NCBI GenBank assembly: GCA_965235115.1
Contig: OZ249436.1
Span: 13,394,001-13,458,000, forward strand
Direction: 5' to 3'
DNA length: 64,000 nt
Source: Laetmonice hystrix
Lineage: Eukaryota
The notes under the pieces are model-generated. The model was not told the origin of the DNA. It ran no database searches and worked only from the letters and a program-made list of their open reading frames with translations. A program made the position numbers and the translations under genes. Position 1 is the stretch's first letter. Each line of letters begins with the position of its first letter. Positions 24,501-48,960 of the stretch are shown here, in pieces.

Positions 24501-27500
24501 TAAATTATTATGAACCTGCTAGAGAAGAACTTACTATTTTCATTTGAAAGAAACACAGATTGTTCACGCGTAGTGAATCCTGGAGCGTTAGCTTTGGTTT
24601 TCACTCTAGCCAGCAATATGTTTTCTCGACAACACAGGGAGTGGGCAGAATGGAGATAAATCACATAATTCATTATTATTAACCCATCATTGTTGAACAG
24701 ATGTGGCGGCTGTGTAGCCCGACTCCCATGCCTGCAGAGCGAGCTCGGCATGAATAACATTCCCTGAAAGTTTTTAAAGATTTGATATAGAACGCCCTGT
24801 CCCGGCCGGCTAGCTTCTATTCTTCCTTCTCAGTGTGTGGGGCTTGCTGTGTGAGCTGCAGAATTTCACTAAGAGCTCGTATCGTACCAATTCAAATTTC
24901 TTGTTGAGCAAAAGCCCGTAGCTATATACAAGGAGTACGTGGCGTCATATACGAGGGAATAATGGGGTATACGAGCTTGTATAATCTTACTGAAACGGGC
25001 CAGACTCATAATGTGCTTGGTTTAGAACTAATAAAGAAAGGTTGCAGGAGCAAATAAATGAAAAAAGATGAGAATTTAATTTTTCAGGAGAATTGTAAAG
25101 AATGAAGGAAAAGAAGAGAAAAAAATGATCGTCGTATAGGAATTCTTAGTTGTTTAGCAGACTCTTGGCTCAGGCTTTAGCTGTAGATGAGCCACTCCCT
25201 GCCATTTCTGGTGGTATTTCCTAAATGGGGATGATTTATAAAATAGGACAGTAGAAATGACTTTGACATATGATATTAGAGTACATGTACTTAACAAATC
25301 GTAGGAATAATGACGTATATCTTCTCACTCTTCTGTCAGAATTGTTATCGGTTCTTAGTCTCATGTTACAGGCAGTCACAAACAGTTGGCCTGTCAAATA
25401 AGAAAAAAGAAGAAGAAAAAAGAAGACATTTAACACTGAAAAGTCAGACAGTAGATCACATCCGCCTGCAAACAGATTATATAGGGTAAAGGTCAAAAGG
25501 TTGGGAGACACCTAGGAATTAAAAATTGAGCAGGCAGGGCTAAATAGCAGCACTGGATAAGCATGTACCCCACATTGGTCTAATATCAATTGGGTGGGTG
25601 GGTATTTGGGGTTTTACGCCTTACAACAGCCAGGGTCACATCACGGCGGTGAAGAGCTGTTACTAGCTAAAGGTAGCTCCTAGAGTACATGAATTGTTTT
25701 AGTTCACTGGAAGAACATTTTCATTGTAATGGTATGTTTTTTTAATTCCGTATCAGACTTATTTTAAAAAGAAAGTGATGTCTACAATTCTACATAGAAG
25801 GTCGAACCAGTACATATGTTTTAATGGGTGCTTATGTTCCTTGCTGTGGCATTTGTGTAGGGAAAACAATTCTGAGCATTAGTTTTTTCTTTTACTTTTT
25901 AGAAGGAAATTGCTTAGAACCCGTGTGACGTTCTGCCTAATGTGATGAGTGACCCAGTGGATGTGCTCTGTGATTGGTAGCTGGGACCTGATATGTTGAT
26001 CAGTTCCAGGAAGAAAGTGGATAGATGAGGTGGGGGGGGGGGGGGGGGGGGGGACTGGCGACGGCTGTATCGTCTGACAGCAGGGTCTGTGGATCACGCG
26101 CTGTGCTGGGAATTCCCGCCTCAGTGTTGTTGCCACTATTGGGCAGTAGTAAAACTCGACTAGGTGCCTCACATCCTGGTTGCCGTGTGCACCACCAAGC
26201 TACATCCTTGTTGGCTCCAGCTGCAGTCAATTCGCAAGTGACAACCGCGTTGTCCGATATTGCCAGTGGTCCAGGGAAGTCCGTGCAGCCAGACTGACCA
26301 TTATGTCATGTGCTGTTGGCAATCACATTTATGTTGATGTCCTAACCAGAGTCTCGACCAGCGCTGGACGACGCGTGGGGAATCCCCACTCTTCACTCTA
26401 GAAACTGAGACTCCTCAACACTGCACACAGCAAGCAGAGGCCCTTCCCAGGCCTGCAGTGGAGTTCAGCATCGTGAAAAATCCCAAGAGTTTCAGGTCTA
26501 CATTTGGTGCAGCTCTTGGAAAAGTTTGTAGCAAGTGACCAGCATACGTGGGTGTTAAAGAATAATCCGAATCTCTAGACCTAGTTGTGACTGTCAGTGA
26601 ATCAGGCCAAATGTTCCGCTGTCTATATCAGTGCAACATCACGATGCCAGAGGCACCTCAGCATCAGTCAACACCTCAAACTCCAGTCACAACCACAAAC
26701 ACTGTGGACTGTCAGCTGCTGGCCTCAGGAAGCCGGCCACCCAGGAAAGGTAAGTAGCTGGCTCGGCATGCAGCCGCTTTCCTCCACACTTCATCTACAG
26801 CCCATTTAGGTGGTCAACTATTTTTTCCACATGTTGTCCGCTGTTTTTTGCATCATTAGCTCCGATGGGAAACCCAACATAAACAATATGTGCAACCTTG
26901 GAAATCAAGCCAAGCGGTAGGGTGACAATGCTAGGTAACCATGACATTCAGACATATCTACGGGTCGCTAAGGGATGTGGTAGCAAGGGTTCGGTCAGCA
27001 AAATCAGTACTTCTAGGACACTGATGATGTTGCAAGATCTTGTTTTAAAACATAATATCATGAGTAGGCGTTTAGGGAACATCTTGTCAGCATTTTAAGG
27101 CTGTTTATTAGAAGGAGCCATGGCTGGAGTATGTATATGTTGAGGGTAAGGGAATGCCATTATATGTTCAGTAAGCATGTCAGGTAGTACGGGTGGGATG
27201 ACTCATACCGACCGTGAGGTAGAGTGGGGAGCAGGGAGGGCTGTGACTGGGTGAGTCAGCTGTCTCATTCACAACCCACCCATCGTGCTGGTTAGTCATA
27301 CCCGGGGCATCCCCCCCCCCCCCCCCACCGCACCCACCGGAGGGGAGGGGTACACAGGGGAACACGTGGACGACGTCATCTGCCGGCTGAGCAACCACTG
27401 CAGCTGTGGTCATCGGTTTGGTGGGCTTCCACAAGCTGGTGATCTATTTCCAGTGGTTAGTCATGCAATGCAGAAAGAATTAAGAGTTCAGAAACCCACA

Positions 27501-30500
27501 TATCATTAATCGTATTTATATTTTTTTATCTGTCATTTAATATTGAAACGTTCATTTTAAGATATTATGGTGACTGGCAGCAAAATTTTGTTGTTGTAGA
27601 AATGGTGTGGAAAAATGTCGCTGAATGGCTGTGATGTCATAAAATGAGAGATAAAAGACCCTAACCCTGGCCCTGATCCAAACACTTATTTTATTGTTCA
27701 TTTGGTGACGTCAATGCCATTCAGTGATTTGTGCTGAAGATGTTCATGAGCACTCCTTTTTTGGTGGTCAATGCATTTATTTAAAGTAAAGCTACATGAA
27801 CTAACTTGATAACATTATGTCCTTCACTGGCCTTAACATTATGGAAGCCACCCAGATCTGTGGTCCAGTAGAAATGTAGACCAGCTCATTACTTTTGCTT
27901 AGTTTTACAATTTAGGAAATGTTATGTTTATCTTTAGAGCCTTTGATTTCAGAATCTTTAAAAGTTCCTAAGTTTCTGATATAAGAATATATGAAATGAT
28001 TGCTGGTTCGACTTCCCAGTGTTTTATATCTGTGACATAAGGAAGTGGGTCATTGTTATCTATGGTCATGAGATGAAGTCTTGTCCGATATCTGCACATC
28101 TACCTGTCTAAAAAAACAAAGAGGTGAAATCAGCCGGTAGTCCTATGGTACCAGGTTACTGCCTATTCATTGAAAGCCACCTCTATGATAAAGGGTGTAA
28201 TTCATGTGGCTATAATAATAAAGGTGATAGATTTTGGTAGCTTTCCTTTGTTTCCCCACTCACTGATTGTCCACTCATGGAATGCAAAGAATGCAACACT
28301 TGGAAAGAAGTTTGTGATTGTGCACTCAATAATCCTTGTAAAAGGGATCTCTGTTTCAAGTAACTTATGATAAGCTGATTTCTGACGTAAGACTGATATT
28401 ATTCTCCTCGTGAAGCAGCCTGAGATTCAGGTTGGCCTAGTTGCAAATGGTCCATAGAACATAGGGATTCTTGGAGGATTTCACCTTTCTGGGGAGGACT
28501 TTGGAAGGCAGGTTTTTTGGGGGGAGGTCATACCCCCCTCCCCCCAAAAAGGGCTTACAGAAAACCGTTGACATCATCCTTAGTTTAGCCTGTTAAAAAT
28601 TCTGAGGTTTTCAGTCATGATACCATGTTGCTAACATGTTACATGTAGACTAAAGTTTATAAGTAGGGCTACCAGTAAAAAAAGTCAGAGCATGAGGACA
28701 TTTTCTACACCTGACGCTGGGAAAACAGCCATGACAACTAGTCATGTGGAAACAGCTTCACGATCGGTTAGGACTACATGAGATGATTGACATCGGTGCC
28801 TGTTCTTTTATTTAGAACCCAAGATGCAGTAGGCATGTGTTTAATGATGGAGCAGTGCGATGGTTATAGGCACTGTCTGACAGTAGACCAGACTGTATGT
28901 GTGTAATTATTTACCAGTAGTACTGAACAGGTTCCAAGGCAGATTAATGTCAGTCCAGTGGTTAACATGCTAATGCTCCACTTCCATTGTGGAGCACTGC
29001 GGTCACATTTGGGATTGATAACGTGAAGGGGCACACATTGGTGCAGGCTTGGGTTGACCTTGATATAAGTGATAATACTGACAGAAACTGACATACAGGA
29101 CCTTCCGTTCACAGTGTTCAGTTACAAGTTTGAATGAATGCAGAAATAGGGGCACGATCATAGCTTTGAATACCGGTATATGTACGACTTAGTTAGAATC
29201 AACATTATTGCCGTGTATTATCATATGCATCGATTGCAAGATTAGAACAGGTAAAAACCTAAATATAATAGGAGAGATAGAATAAAGGCCGAGTGGCTGA
29301 TTTTATTGTGACAACTACCAGTATACATTGGGTGATGTGGGCTAGGTGATAAGTCCTAGGCATCAAAGGTCGTTGGGGGCAGAGTTCTCGAGTTGACATC
29401 TCGCATGGAAAGGTCCTATGGGTAAAAGTCAATCCATGTTCTCATGGGAGAATGGAAAACTGAATAATTCGATGCATCAGATACATGGTTTTAGAACATT
29501 ACTATGCAAAATTACTATGCATGTCAGTGCATAAGTTTCCTTCTATTATTGGTGACAGTCTGAATGAATTCTAAAATAGTACGTGTACAATCGGGTTTTG
29601 TACTTACAATTTATGGAACTGCCATCTGTTGTGTTTGGTTACAGGCCGAATAGTTTGTTGTAGTTTTTTTGTTATTGAGGAAAAGTTTATAATAGAATGT
29701 TGCATTTTGATGGATTTGCTAGTCTTGCTCCACTAAAATTTCATGAAAAGAGATAGACATTTATATTGGTACAGTTGATTCTTCATAGATACATTGTACT
29801 TTTACCATAGATGAAAAGCCCAGCAAGCCAGGTAGAGTTATTTAGTACTTAAATATACTGTGTGCAGTCATCATACAGTTCATTGATATGCTTGAAAGTG
29901 ATGGGATTTCAGAGAAACCATGGAGTTGTCAAGGAAGTGCGTATTTTTCCTCTTTCAACGACAATCGGTGTTCTCTTAGAAAACTTTATCAATTTGATTG
30001 TGGTTAAAATATAATTTGAAAGTTTCTCAGGGACATTCAAAGGTGGTCCGATTTGATGATGACCCAGGAGTAAGGGTCCTGTATGTATACAGGTATGTGT
30101 GGGGCATACTGCACCTGATGTACTTGCAGTAGGTAACTAATGAGGAATGTTGGTATGTTACAGGAAAGAAGAAAGGACCCAAGATCCAACTCACACCAGT
30201 GCAGACTCCAGCCCCAGCAGTGTAAGTATACCTACTTACGAATCTCGGGCAGTGGCCAGGGAACAGTATGATGATCTGTATCAGTGTATGAGCCAGGGGC
30301 TGCTGGGAGGCAGAACATACCCCAGGGCAGAATTAAGGGCCAGGCCTCCTTCCCATTAGATAAAGAGGAGAGCATCTGGTTGTCTTCCTCCCCCCTCCCC
30401 TCCCTCTTTCTCCTCTTTACGTAGTTGCTGATTAATTTTAGCATTGTTTTTCCAGCCCTCCCCGAAACTTGGACTCCAAGACAACAATTACTATAGACGG

Positions 30501-32552
30501 TAGATGCTGATTAATTTTAGCATTGTTTTTCCAGCCCTCCCCGAAACTTGGACTCCAAGACAACAATTACTATAGACGGTAGAGAGTTTGAAGTGGATGC
30601 TGCTGATTTAGAAAGTATGGGTACCCTAGGACGTGGTGCTTACGGTGTTGTGGAGAAGATGAGGCATAGACAAAGCAACACAATCATGGCTGTCAAGCGG
30701 ATAACGTGTACCGTAAACTCGAGGGAACAACATAGATTGTTGATGGATCTTGATGTGTCGATGCGGTCATCGTCATGCTCCTACACAGTCCAGTTCTATG
30801 GAGCTCTATTCAGAGAGGTACATATTTATGTAGTTGTCGCAAGCATTTCATTGTATCGCTTTATCAAAGTTGTGACCATTTGTATGTGCGTTGTCTGCTT
30901 TGACTTGTCTATCTAGTCTTTTCTTCTTTTCCAAATAACAAAAGCTGTACTTGTTTCAGGGAGATGTATGGATATGTATGGAAGTCATGGACACCTCTCT
31001 AGATAAATTCTACAAAATTGTATATGAAAACAAGCAACAGATTCCAGAGGAGATCCTAGGAAAAATAACAGTTGCCGTGAGTATCGTTTTCTAAGTAGAA
31101 CTTGATAAGGTAGTTGATTAGAGTACAGAATGTGAATAATGTGCAAATCCCGTCATGTGGCGTGTATAGACACATTTGATAATTTTATTTAACAGGTGGT
31201 CAAGGCGTTACACTACCTCCAGTCCCAGTTACAGGTCATCCATCGTGATGTCAAGCCTTCCAATATTCTCATCTCCAAGGATGGCACAGTAAAAATATGT
31301 GATTTCGGCATCTCAGGCCACTTGGTTGATTCAGTGGCCAAGACCATCGATGCTGGCTGCAAACCCTATATGGCAGTACGTGACTTTTTAATGTATTGAT
31401 GTATGTGCCCCTAAAGACACCAACTCAATGTAAATCTTGGAACGGAAGGTGTTAGAGATATTGTGTCAAACATGTTTTCTTGTTATTAGTTATGTGTGTT
31501 TGTAGAAGCAAATGGATTTCAGTACATACCACTAAATTATTACTTAGGAAAAACAGTAAAATCTTGCTGGTTATGGCGTGATGTTCAGAAATTTTGATTA
31601 TTTTGATTTTATATTTTCCTTTATGATCAAGATATTTTAAATGAAGGCATAAACAGTTGCAACATTGTTGCTTCAGCCTGAGCGCATCAATCCTGAACGA
31701 GGCGGCCAAGGTTATGACATCCGCTCTGATGTTTGGAGTCTTGGCATCTCGCTGGTAAGTCAGGCATAAGTCATTCCCTCTTTAATTTATAGATATCGAT
31801 TAAATGAATAGGTTTACAAATAAATTTAATGGAATAAATATAGAAAATCGTTATACAAGGACTAAGACCGAGCTTGGTTATATCAGTTAATGGGACAGAT
31901 AAGAAGAATAGTGATGGGACATACATGGAATGTGTACAATTTTCAGATTGAGCTTGCCACAGGCCAGTTTCCGTACTCCTCATGGGGAACTCCATTTGAA
32001 CAATTGAAACAAGTTGTCAAAGATGATCCCCCACGCCTGCCAGCATCTCGCTTCTCGCCGGAATTTGATGACTTCATCATCCAGTGGTAGGTCAAGCAGT
32101 CAAGATAATCTGTGTACCCCATTGTTAATAACACTACAGGATGGGTTCGTAGTTTGTTGTTATTTTAGTTTGGCACAGCATCAGTGATATTTCTGTTGAC
32201 AGTTGCTAAGATAAACAAGTTTTTGCCTTGTGATGTATCCTGCTGTCTGAAGTTCACACTGGGATGAATGTACCCGGTATAGCTATATTGAATGGCATAG
32301 AAAGCACAAATGGAGCGCCAGTCTTCAGATAAAATATTTGTCCCCAATATCACAGCTGCGGTTGAACCAGACTGATCTTACTTGTTCATCCATTTATATT
32401 TCAGCTTGAGGAAAGACTGCAGCATGCGGCCCAACTATGTGCAACTACTTGAACACCCGTTCGTGCGAAATTCTGAGGAGAAGACAGTGGACATGGCTGC
32501 TTATGTTACAGAAATATTGGACAATTACGCAGACAAATCTCTCGCCGCATAG
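15593..32552 (+). CDS. MAP2K6: Dual-specificity MAP kinase kinase MKK3/MKK6 (p38 activator), about 342 aa
   Basis: Confident exons: 30164-30221, 30535-30817, 30960-31076, 31196-31375, 31677-31754, 31947-32086, 32405-32552, all GT-AG and phase-consistent. Motifs: KKKGPKIQL docking site, [26 protein letters not shown], activation loop DSVAKT, GCKPYMAPERI. The 5' end is less certain: candidate phase-1 first exons 15593-15617 (MAGVGASR), 20687-20699 (MRGR) and 26611-26749, plus an optional 21-nt exon 29811-29831. Confidence 0.95.
17320..20158 (+). mobile_element. Non-autonomous LTR retroelement, 2839 bp
   Basis: LTRs 17320-18054 and 19424-20158 (735 bp each, about 4 mismatches seen by eye). Termini TATCGTA...TACGATA. 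GGGC TSD at 17316-17319 and 20159-20162. PBS TGGTGGAGAACCCGGGTA at 18057-18074. Purine-rich tract just before the 3' LTR. CCAAT, TATATA and AATAAA (17966-17971) in each LTR. Confidence 0.95.
18149..19273 (+). CDS. 374-aa uncharacterised protein, sole cargo of the LTR element
   Basis: Uninterrupted intronless ORF with good ATG context (accATGg), filling most of the internal region. No recognisable CCHC knuckle, protease, YxDD or integrase motif. Confidence 0.8.
   Translation: MDGFLPQPVLAFLHDAKNLGVSLSWSISSSQDKKSIVLEWNTHPDTDKSICVSSTSGHKSPSRRRRDAQRYQAWKNKQKSVEQAPSSREEESKGPGKPVHHPQGQRSAALQQKRHKKCKSTAMLSTPQQNQHPPPVSAVSLDHGPSRSNTSTQTDRQVTISCELQTAPPIAQSIGVQALCPVPSETKSCQSEAVSRSDSATQTWTIRGDQSTQTVGNGPQKTKQLLDPMCLESSELEFPDQHFLDSLVRNRSDPRSLPILLQAGQRSIPVCDKSLTRKLSYRQEIYESHVLLSEPIDYDITHIKDCFGFLERDEAFYLLTKYRGLHYLIPDQGRYSDFEQLDHAGSLCVTLLIYDYRRRRYIQPEPRYNNLVQV
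22731..22896. mobile_element. Partial copy of MITE family B
   Basis: Shares ggtttgaccactacgctgtcgaaaatttctggtgagaac with 45648-45954 and, in reverse, with 51925-52250. Confidence 0.75.
30426..30583 (+). repeat. Perfect 79-bp tandem duplication spanning an MKK3/6 splice acceptor
   Basis: 30426-30504 is identical to 30505-30583. Confidence 0.95.
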
Positions 32553-35500
32553 ACCAGGCACAGAGCGGGTGTCCTGGAGGACTTCCCCTCGGAGAGGGAG
32601 GGGGGTAGCCTCGGGGTAAAAATAAAGTTATAAAACATTTGGGGGGAGCAACTAACTTTTACGGGTGAGTCCTTCGCTCCTCAAAAAAAGGCCTGACTGT
32701 TAATCTTTAGTGACAGCACACTATATCACTTTGCAACAACGACGCATTGAAACTTTATGGGCGCTTGGCTCAGGCTGTCGTCAATCAATATCATGCAGAG
32801 GTCCTTTCAGGGTCATAATGACGAGGACTCGCCAAATCCCAGGACATATGTCTTGTATTTTTAGACTGGACATGGCACTGTGTGTGTATATGTACATATG
32901 CCTTTGTATATACATAGATTATGTGTATGCATGTATACATGTATACCTATGTGTATACATAAAAACATAAATTTGTCCACAGATCAGGGCACCGCATAAA
33001 CTTCCTAACAGAACCATAGGTGGTTAACAGTTCTCACTCTATTTGTGTCCGAAATAACATGGCCGTTTGGGATGCTGCAGAACGCTTGTGGACGACCTGC
33101 TGGATGTGGTAGCCAGGGTGCTGCCGCCTGGTGGTACTAAACTAAACCATCACCAACGAAAGACTACTATTTATGATTCGAGGACGAGAAAAGGCCATTC
33201 ATTCATAGATATGTATATCATATCTATGATTCATTAGTGTTACGATATGAGACGCTCGGAGATACACTTCATTTATCTTGGCATACCATTGATACACAGA
33301 TTAGCCGCAGATTCTGTAAATGGGCGACTTCATTAGTTTTTGAGACGTGCATATATGCCTGTTTAACCAGATACTGATTGAATATTGTAATATTGTTCTT
33401 GAAAGGCTTTCTTTCTAAAGTCGTCAATGGTTAGGGGCATGTCTTTCGTCTGACCCTAAATGAGATGATATCAGGAAAAAAAGAAGAAAAATCGCAGTCC
33501 CATTATTGTATGAGAAGAGAAAAGATGACCTTTTGTTTTACTCCGATTATCACTTTACTAGGCACTCGGAAGGCTTGGTTGACCTCAACATCTACCATTA
33601 TCAAGCCGTTGGTGGTAGAGTTAGTGTTTAGGATGTAAATATTACATGAGGGCGTTAACTTTGGAATCCGCAGTGATGTGTGGTGTTCAGGTGAAGATGT
33701 GCAGTATAGTTTTGTAGCCAGCGAGTTCATGTCGGTTCAATTACAGTGTTTTATGTAGAATGACAATAATGAAAATAATAATTTATGCAAGTACTGATGA
33801 GGATACAGAACATCTTCTTGGTGTCTTTACAGGATAGTAAATACCATACTGGGGATGGATATATTAACTGTTGATCATAGTGGACAGACAAAAGTTCACC
33901 TACGACACTGCTCTTTCAGCACGATTTGTTAGAATCAAACGATCCAAAAACTAACAGATTGAGAAAGAGTTTCTCAAATGTACAATCACCCCATGACATT
34001 AATTTTGTGACCAAAAGATCGGGTGGGAAAACTGCGAAAGCAACTGTAAAATGATTAGGTTAAATGTAAGGGTATGTTAAAGAACGCCTCCATGTGCCAA
34101 ACTATTACTTCTGTAAATCAGCTGTCATTGGCACTGTACACACGTATATGGCACTTTCCATACATTTAAAGTAATATTGGCTCCATTACCCGTACAGCAG
34201 CGATATTATTTGAAGTAAATTTGTCTCAGATTTGTGCGTCATATATGTAGACAACCATAATAAATAACTACCGGTAATTATAAATAAGGGGAGTAGTATG
34301 AGGGCGTAGTATACAGAAGAATGACAGAATCTGTGTGGGTGTTTGCAGTGTAAGTTCCTTCTATAAGTTACCGCACACTGCCTTGGAGACAGAGAGCTGC
34401 ATGTAAAAGTATAGGTTGGATCGGTAATCAATGTCCAATACAGATCATAGATTCATTGAACACAGCTACAGGTAACTGATTCATTGCATATAGGCCTAGC
34501 TACAAATAAAATATTGTTGATGAAGACAATAGTACTGACATATTGGCTACGATCTATCGTTAGGGATTCGATAAAGACACTTTTGCAGAACTCTTAGTAA
34601 CAAAAATCACTAATTTTTGCTGCAGAAGTTTATATTTTTGCTTCTCCTAACACGTTTAGAAATATTTGTCCTTGTAGGCATTGCATGGTGGTCACATTGT
34701 TTCCTTTCTGACCTATTTCCCCGTGTATGGTACAATTGTACTTGGTTATCGATAGTTGTCCATAAGCGCAACCAACACCAAAGATAGTTGAATGCTGGCC
34801 TGCAACATGGACCAATGTGACACCACTTGATATCAAGTAAGCTCGGATTAGTGAACGACATTTACTTGTTAACCAGGTCTGGTTGTAGGTATTTTTGGTC
34901 TGGTTTGTAGGTATGTTATAGTAGGCCTTTGTTACCAGGGACTGGTTGTACAGAATTCCAGACCCGTTGTTGTCCAGACTTGTTGTGGTCGTTATAACGG
35001 CATCTTTCCCTTGATCCACATAAATCCACAATTGAGACCAGTTTGCATATAATTGTCAACTGGACGTCAACAGACCTGTGTTGGCCAAAAGGGCAGGCCA
35101 GTGAGCTGTCTTGTTTTTAGATCAAAAATATTTGGTACCTGTCGTCAAGATAACCATGTTATTTCAATGGTAAATGAGGCACGGAAAACATGAAGTTAAC
35201 TACATGATCAGTGTATGGAGTGAACGTAGTCACTGCTCCCGACAGTGGGCATTGCGTGCCGCGCTTCATACATGTATTTATGTCAACCTATAGTATGTAT
35301 GCTTTGAATGACTGAGGTGCATTAGCGGCGCAGGATACATGGTGGATGCGTAGGGGCTAGACCTGCTGTCCTCGAAGCCCTTACAACAGCATTATCTGCT
35401 ATCCTCATAGTACAACATTGACAAGACAAAACACATAGAAAAAAAAGACAATTATCATGTGTAAAATTTTGTAAAGAAAGAATAATAGATGGAATAAACT

Positions 35501-35964
35501 TTATACATGAAATGGAAGCCAGTGTTTGTCTTGGCATGTTATCTTGCAAACATTTAAGTCATGAAAAGTCATTAAGTCACGGAAGCTTTGAGATCAACTA
35601 TGGCTTAATACATTAACTTAAGCACTAGACCACGACTGCGCTTAGTTTTCGAGTCACTTCCTAGTGATAGGCATGGCAACAATTGTGCAATGTTGTTAGG
35701 CAACATGAAATTTTGCAACTACATGTATTCAGTCCGAAAAGGTGTACATGTTCATTGGTTGGGGTAACAACTGATAACAGAACAGCCCTATCAAAAGCAT
35801 TGCTTTCCAACCCATTCAGTATTATCAGGATTTCTGGACTTTGAAATTTTATGCATTAGGGAATAGGACAGGTAAGTGGGGGAATAAAGTATACCCTTCG
35901 ACAAATGTTTGGGTCATGACGAAATCCATCGATTTTCGGCAGTTTATTTGGCAACCAAAAAGGG

Positions 35965-36210
35965 GATACTTTTAAAGACAAATTGAAAACATCCGTTTGA
36001 AATACTTTAACCCCGAGTACATCTAAAATTACTCCATCCTTCATTTCTTTTTTTAAATTACCCTATACTTTAAGGACGAATTGAAAACATCGGTTTGAAA
36101 TACGTTAACCAAACCCCAAGCACACCTAACAATTACTCCATCCTTCATTTCATATTTAAATTACCCGGTACTTTACGAATTGAAAACATCGATTATTCCA
36201 TCTTTCATCA
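35965..36210. repeat. Degenerate tandem repeat of about 100 bp (about 2.5 copies)
   Basis: Recurring aattgaaaacatc...aattactccatccttcatttc...taaattaccc. Confidence 0.7.
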
Positions 36211-37590
36211 TTTCGTATTCAAAATGCCGAAGTTCCGTTTTCACTTATGCTCGAAAGCTAGTTGAAAAAGACAATGAAAATCTGGAAATAGAAAAGCATG
36301 CCATAATACAAGAAAAGTGAAGGTGAAGTACGATATTGAGGAAAAAAGTTCTAATTACTGAGCAATTGCCCTTAGCACCGATGGCCACTTCCGTTTCACT
36401 GAACACATGCATAACAAGTTCCAATAGATTCTTATTTAACATTTATTTTCCACTGAGCTTACAGAAAGATTCGGACACTGAAGTGCAGTCAGTCCGCAGT
36501 AAAAAGTGTACTCGATGCATTAATGACTCAGGTAGGTGGTGCTGCAAAGGTGGCAGACGATGAACAGATTATGTATGACACCATCATCCAAACAGACTAC
36601 AAGACATAAGCCACAAATTTCCATTCCTTCTGTTAATAATAAAATTTCCATTATTATAAATACCGATTTCAATAAAATGCACCTTTTTACACATGTAATC
36701 TTCACCAACTAGAAAAAGTATCATACCCTTTACCATCTTTCTCATTTGGTAAATTACTTTGTTTTCCAACATCTAATCACCACACAGGACTTTTGACGTA
36801 ATGACTGGGTCCTGCTCCAAAACCATCCTGTCTATACCTGTATTCCAACTATAGCTCTCACCTATCTTCTAATTCACCGATATCGTCCTCTTCGTGTTCA
36901 CACAACATTCTGAACGATATTGCTGCTACCACTGGGCCACATTTAGCCTGACTTTTCCAGTTTTTAACTCTAGTTATCATTGCTCGTCAACCAACTGACA
37001 GGTGAACATAAAACACATCTCCCAAAAAGAACACGGCAGGTTTAAAAAAAAAAGAAGCAAGTACTGAAACACTGATGCAATAATGAATTACAGTTACATC
37101 GACATGTAACCTAAACACCCCCCTTCAATTGCAGTCAACTTCAGGAAAGTTCCTTTTTTTTGTATGATCTGTTTGCTCATTCACATTTGAAAAAAGGGGA
37201 AAGGTTGAGTTCATTTGAGGCCTGTAAACAATTTTCAATGGACAAAACGAATTTATTAAATCTGTCAATCTGTAATCTCAAATACCAATTTTATAAGTAG
37301 TTATCCTGACAACCTACATTATTTGAGCCCCACATATATTAAGGGTGGGGGGGGGGGGGGGAGACCTATCCTCTATATTTTGTCCATCTTGACAACAGCA
37401 GTTAGTTTTACTTCCACTGACAGGAAAAAAAGAAGTGATTGCCATGAGAGGACAAAATTCCACGTTATGAAATTTTTCTTTGTTGTGCATAATTTCCCAA
37501 TTTTGTCACAATTTTGCCTTGTGGTGGCGGAAAAAAGAGCTATTTACACAAACCTGGAACACAATACCCCTCAACCTTATATCCCACTGT

Positions 37591-48756
<11,166 letters not shown>

Positions 48757-48899
48757 TTTCTGCAACAGTAAAACGTTATTATGCAAATATCAATATATGA
48801 GGACGACAAATGGAACTGAATCATAAAATCGACAAGAGGAGCTGCTGGATAAAATAATAAATTACCATTTCATCCAATGTTACGAATCTTCCGATTTCT

Positions 48900-48960
48900 C
48901 TCAATATGGCGGCCGGGTCGCGTGTGTGTTCGCGTCAGATCAAAATCTCGCGAGCTTTTG
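48900..48960 (-). promoter_or_regulatory. U2AF2 promoter region: YY1-type CAATATGGCGGC and TCTCGCGAG palindrome
   Basis: CpG-rich patch with both motifs, immediately upstream of the donor at 48865. Confidence 0.6.

Noticed and set aside
36855..36950. Exon-like minus-strand segment with a GTGAG donor downstream of the U2AF2 stop
   Set aside because: Poor acceptor and no recognisable product; probably 3' UTR or intergenic.
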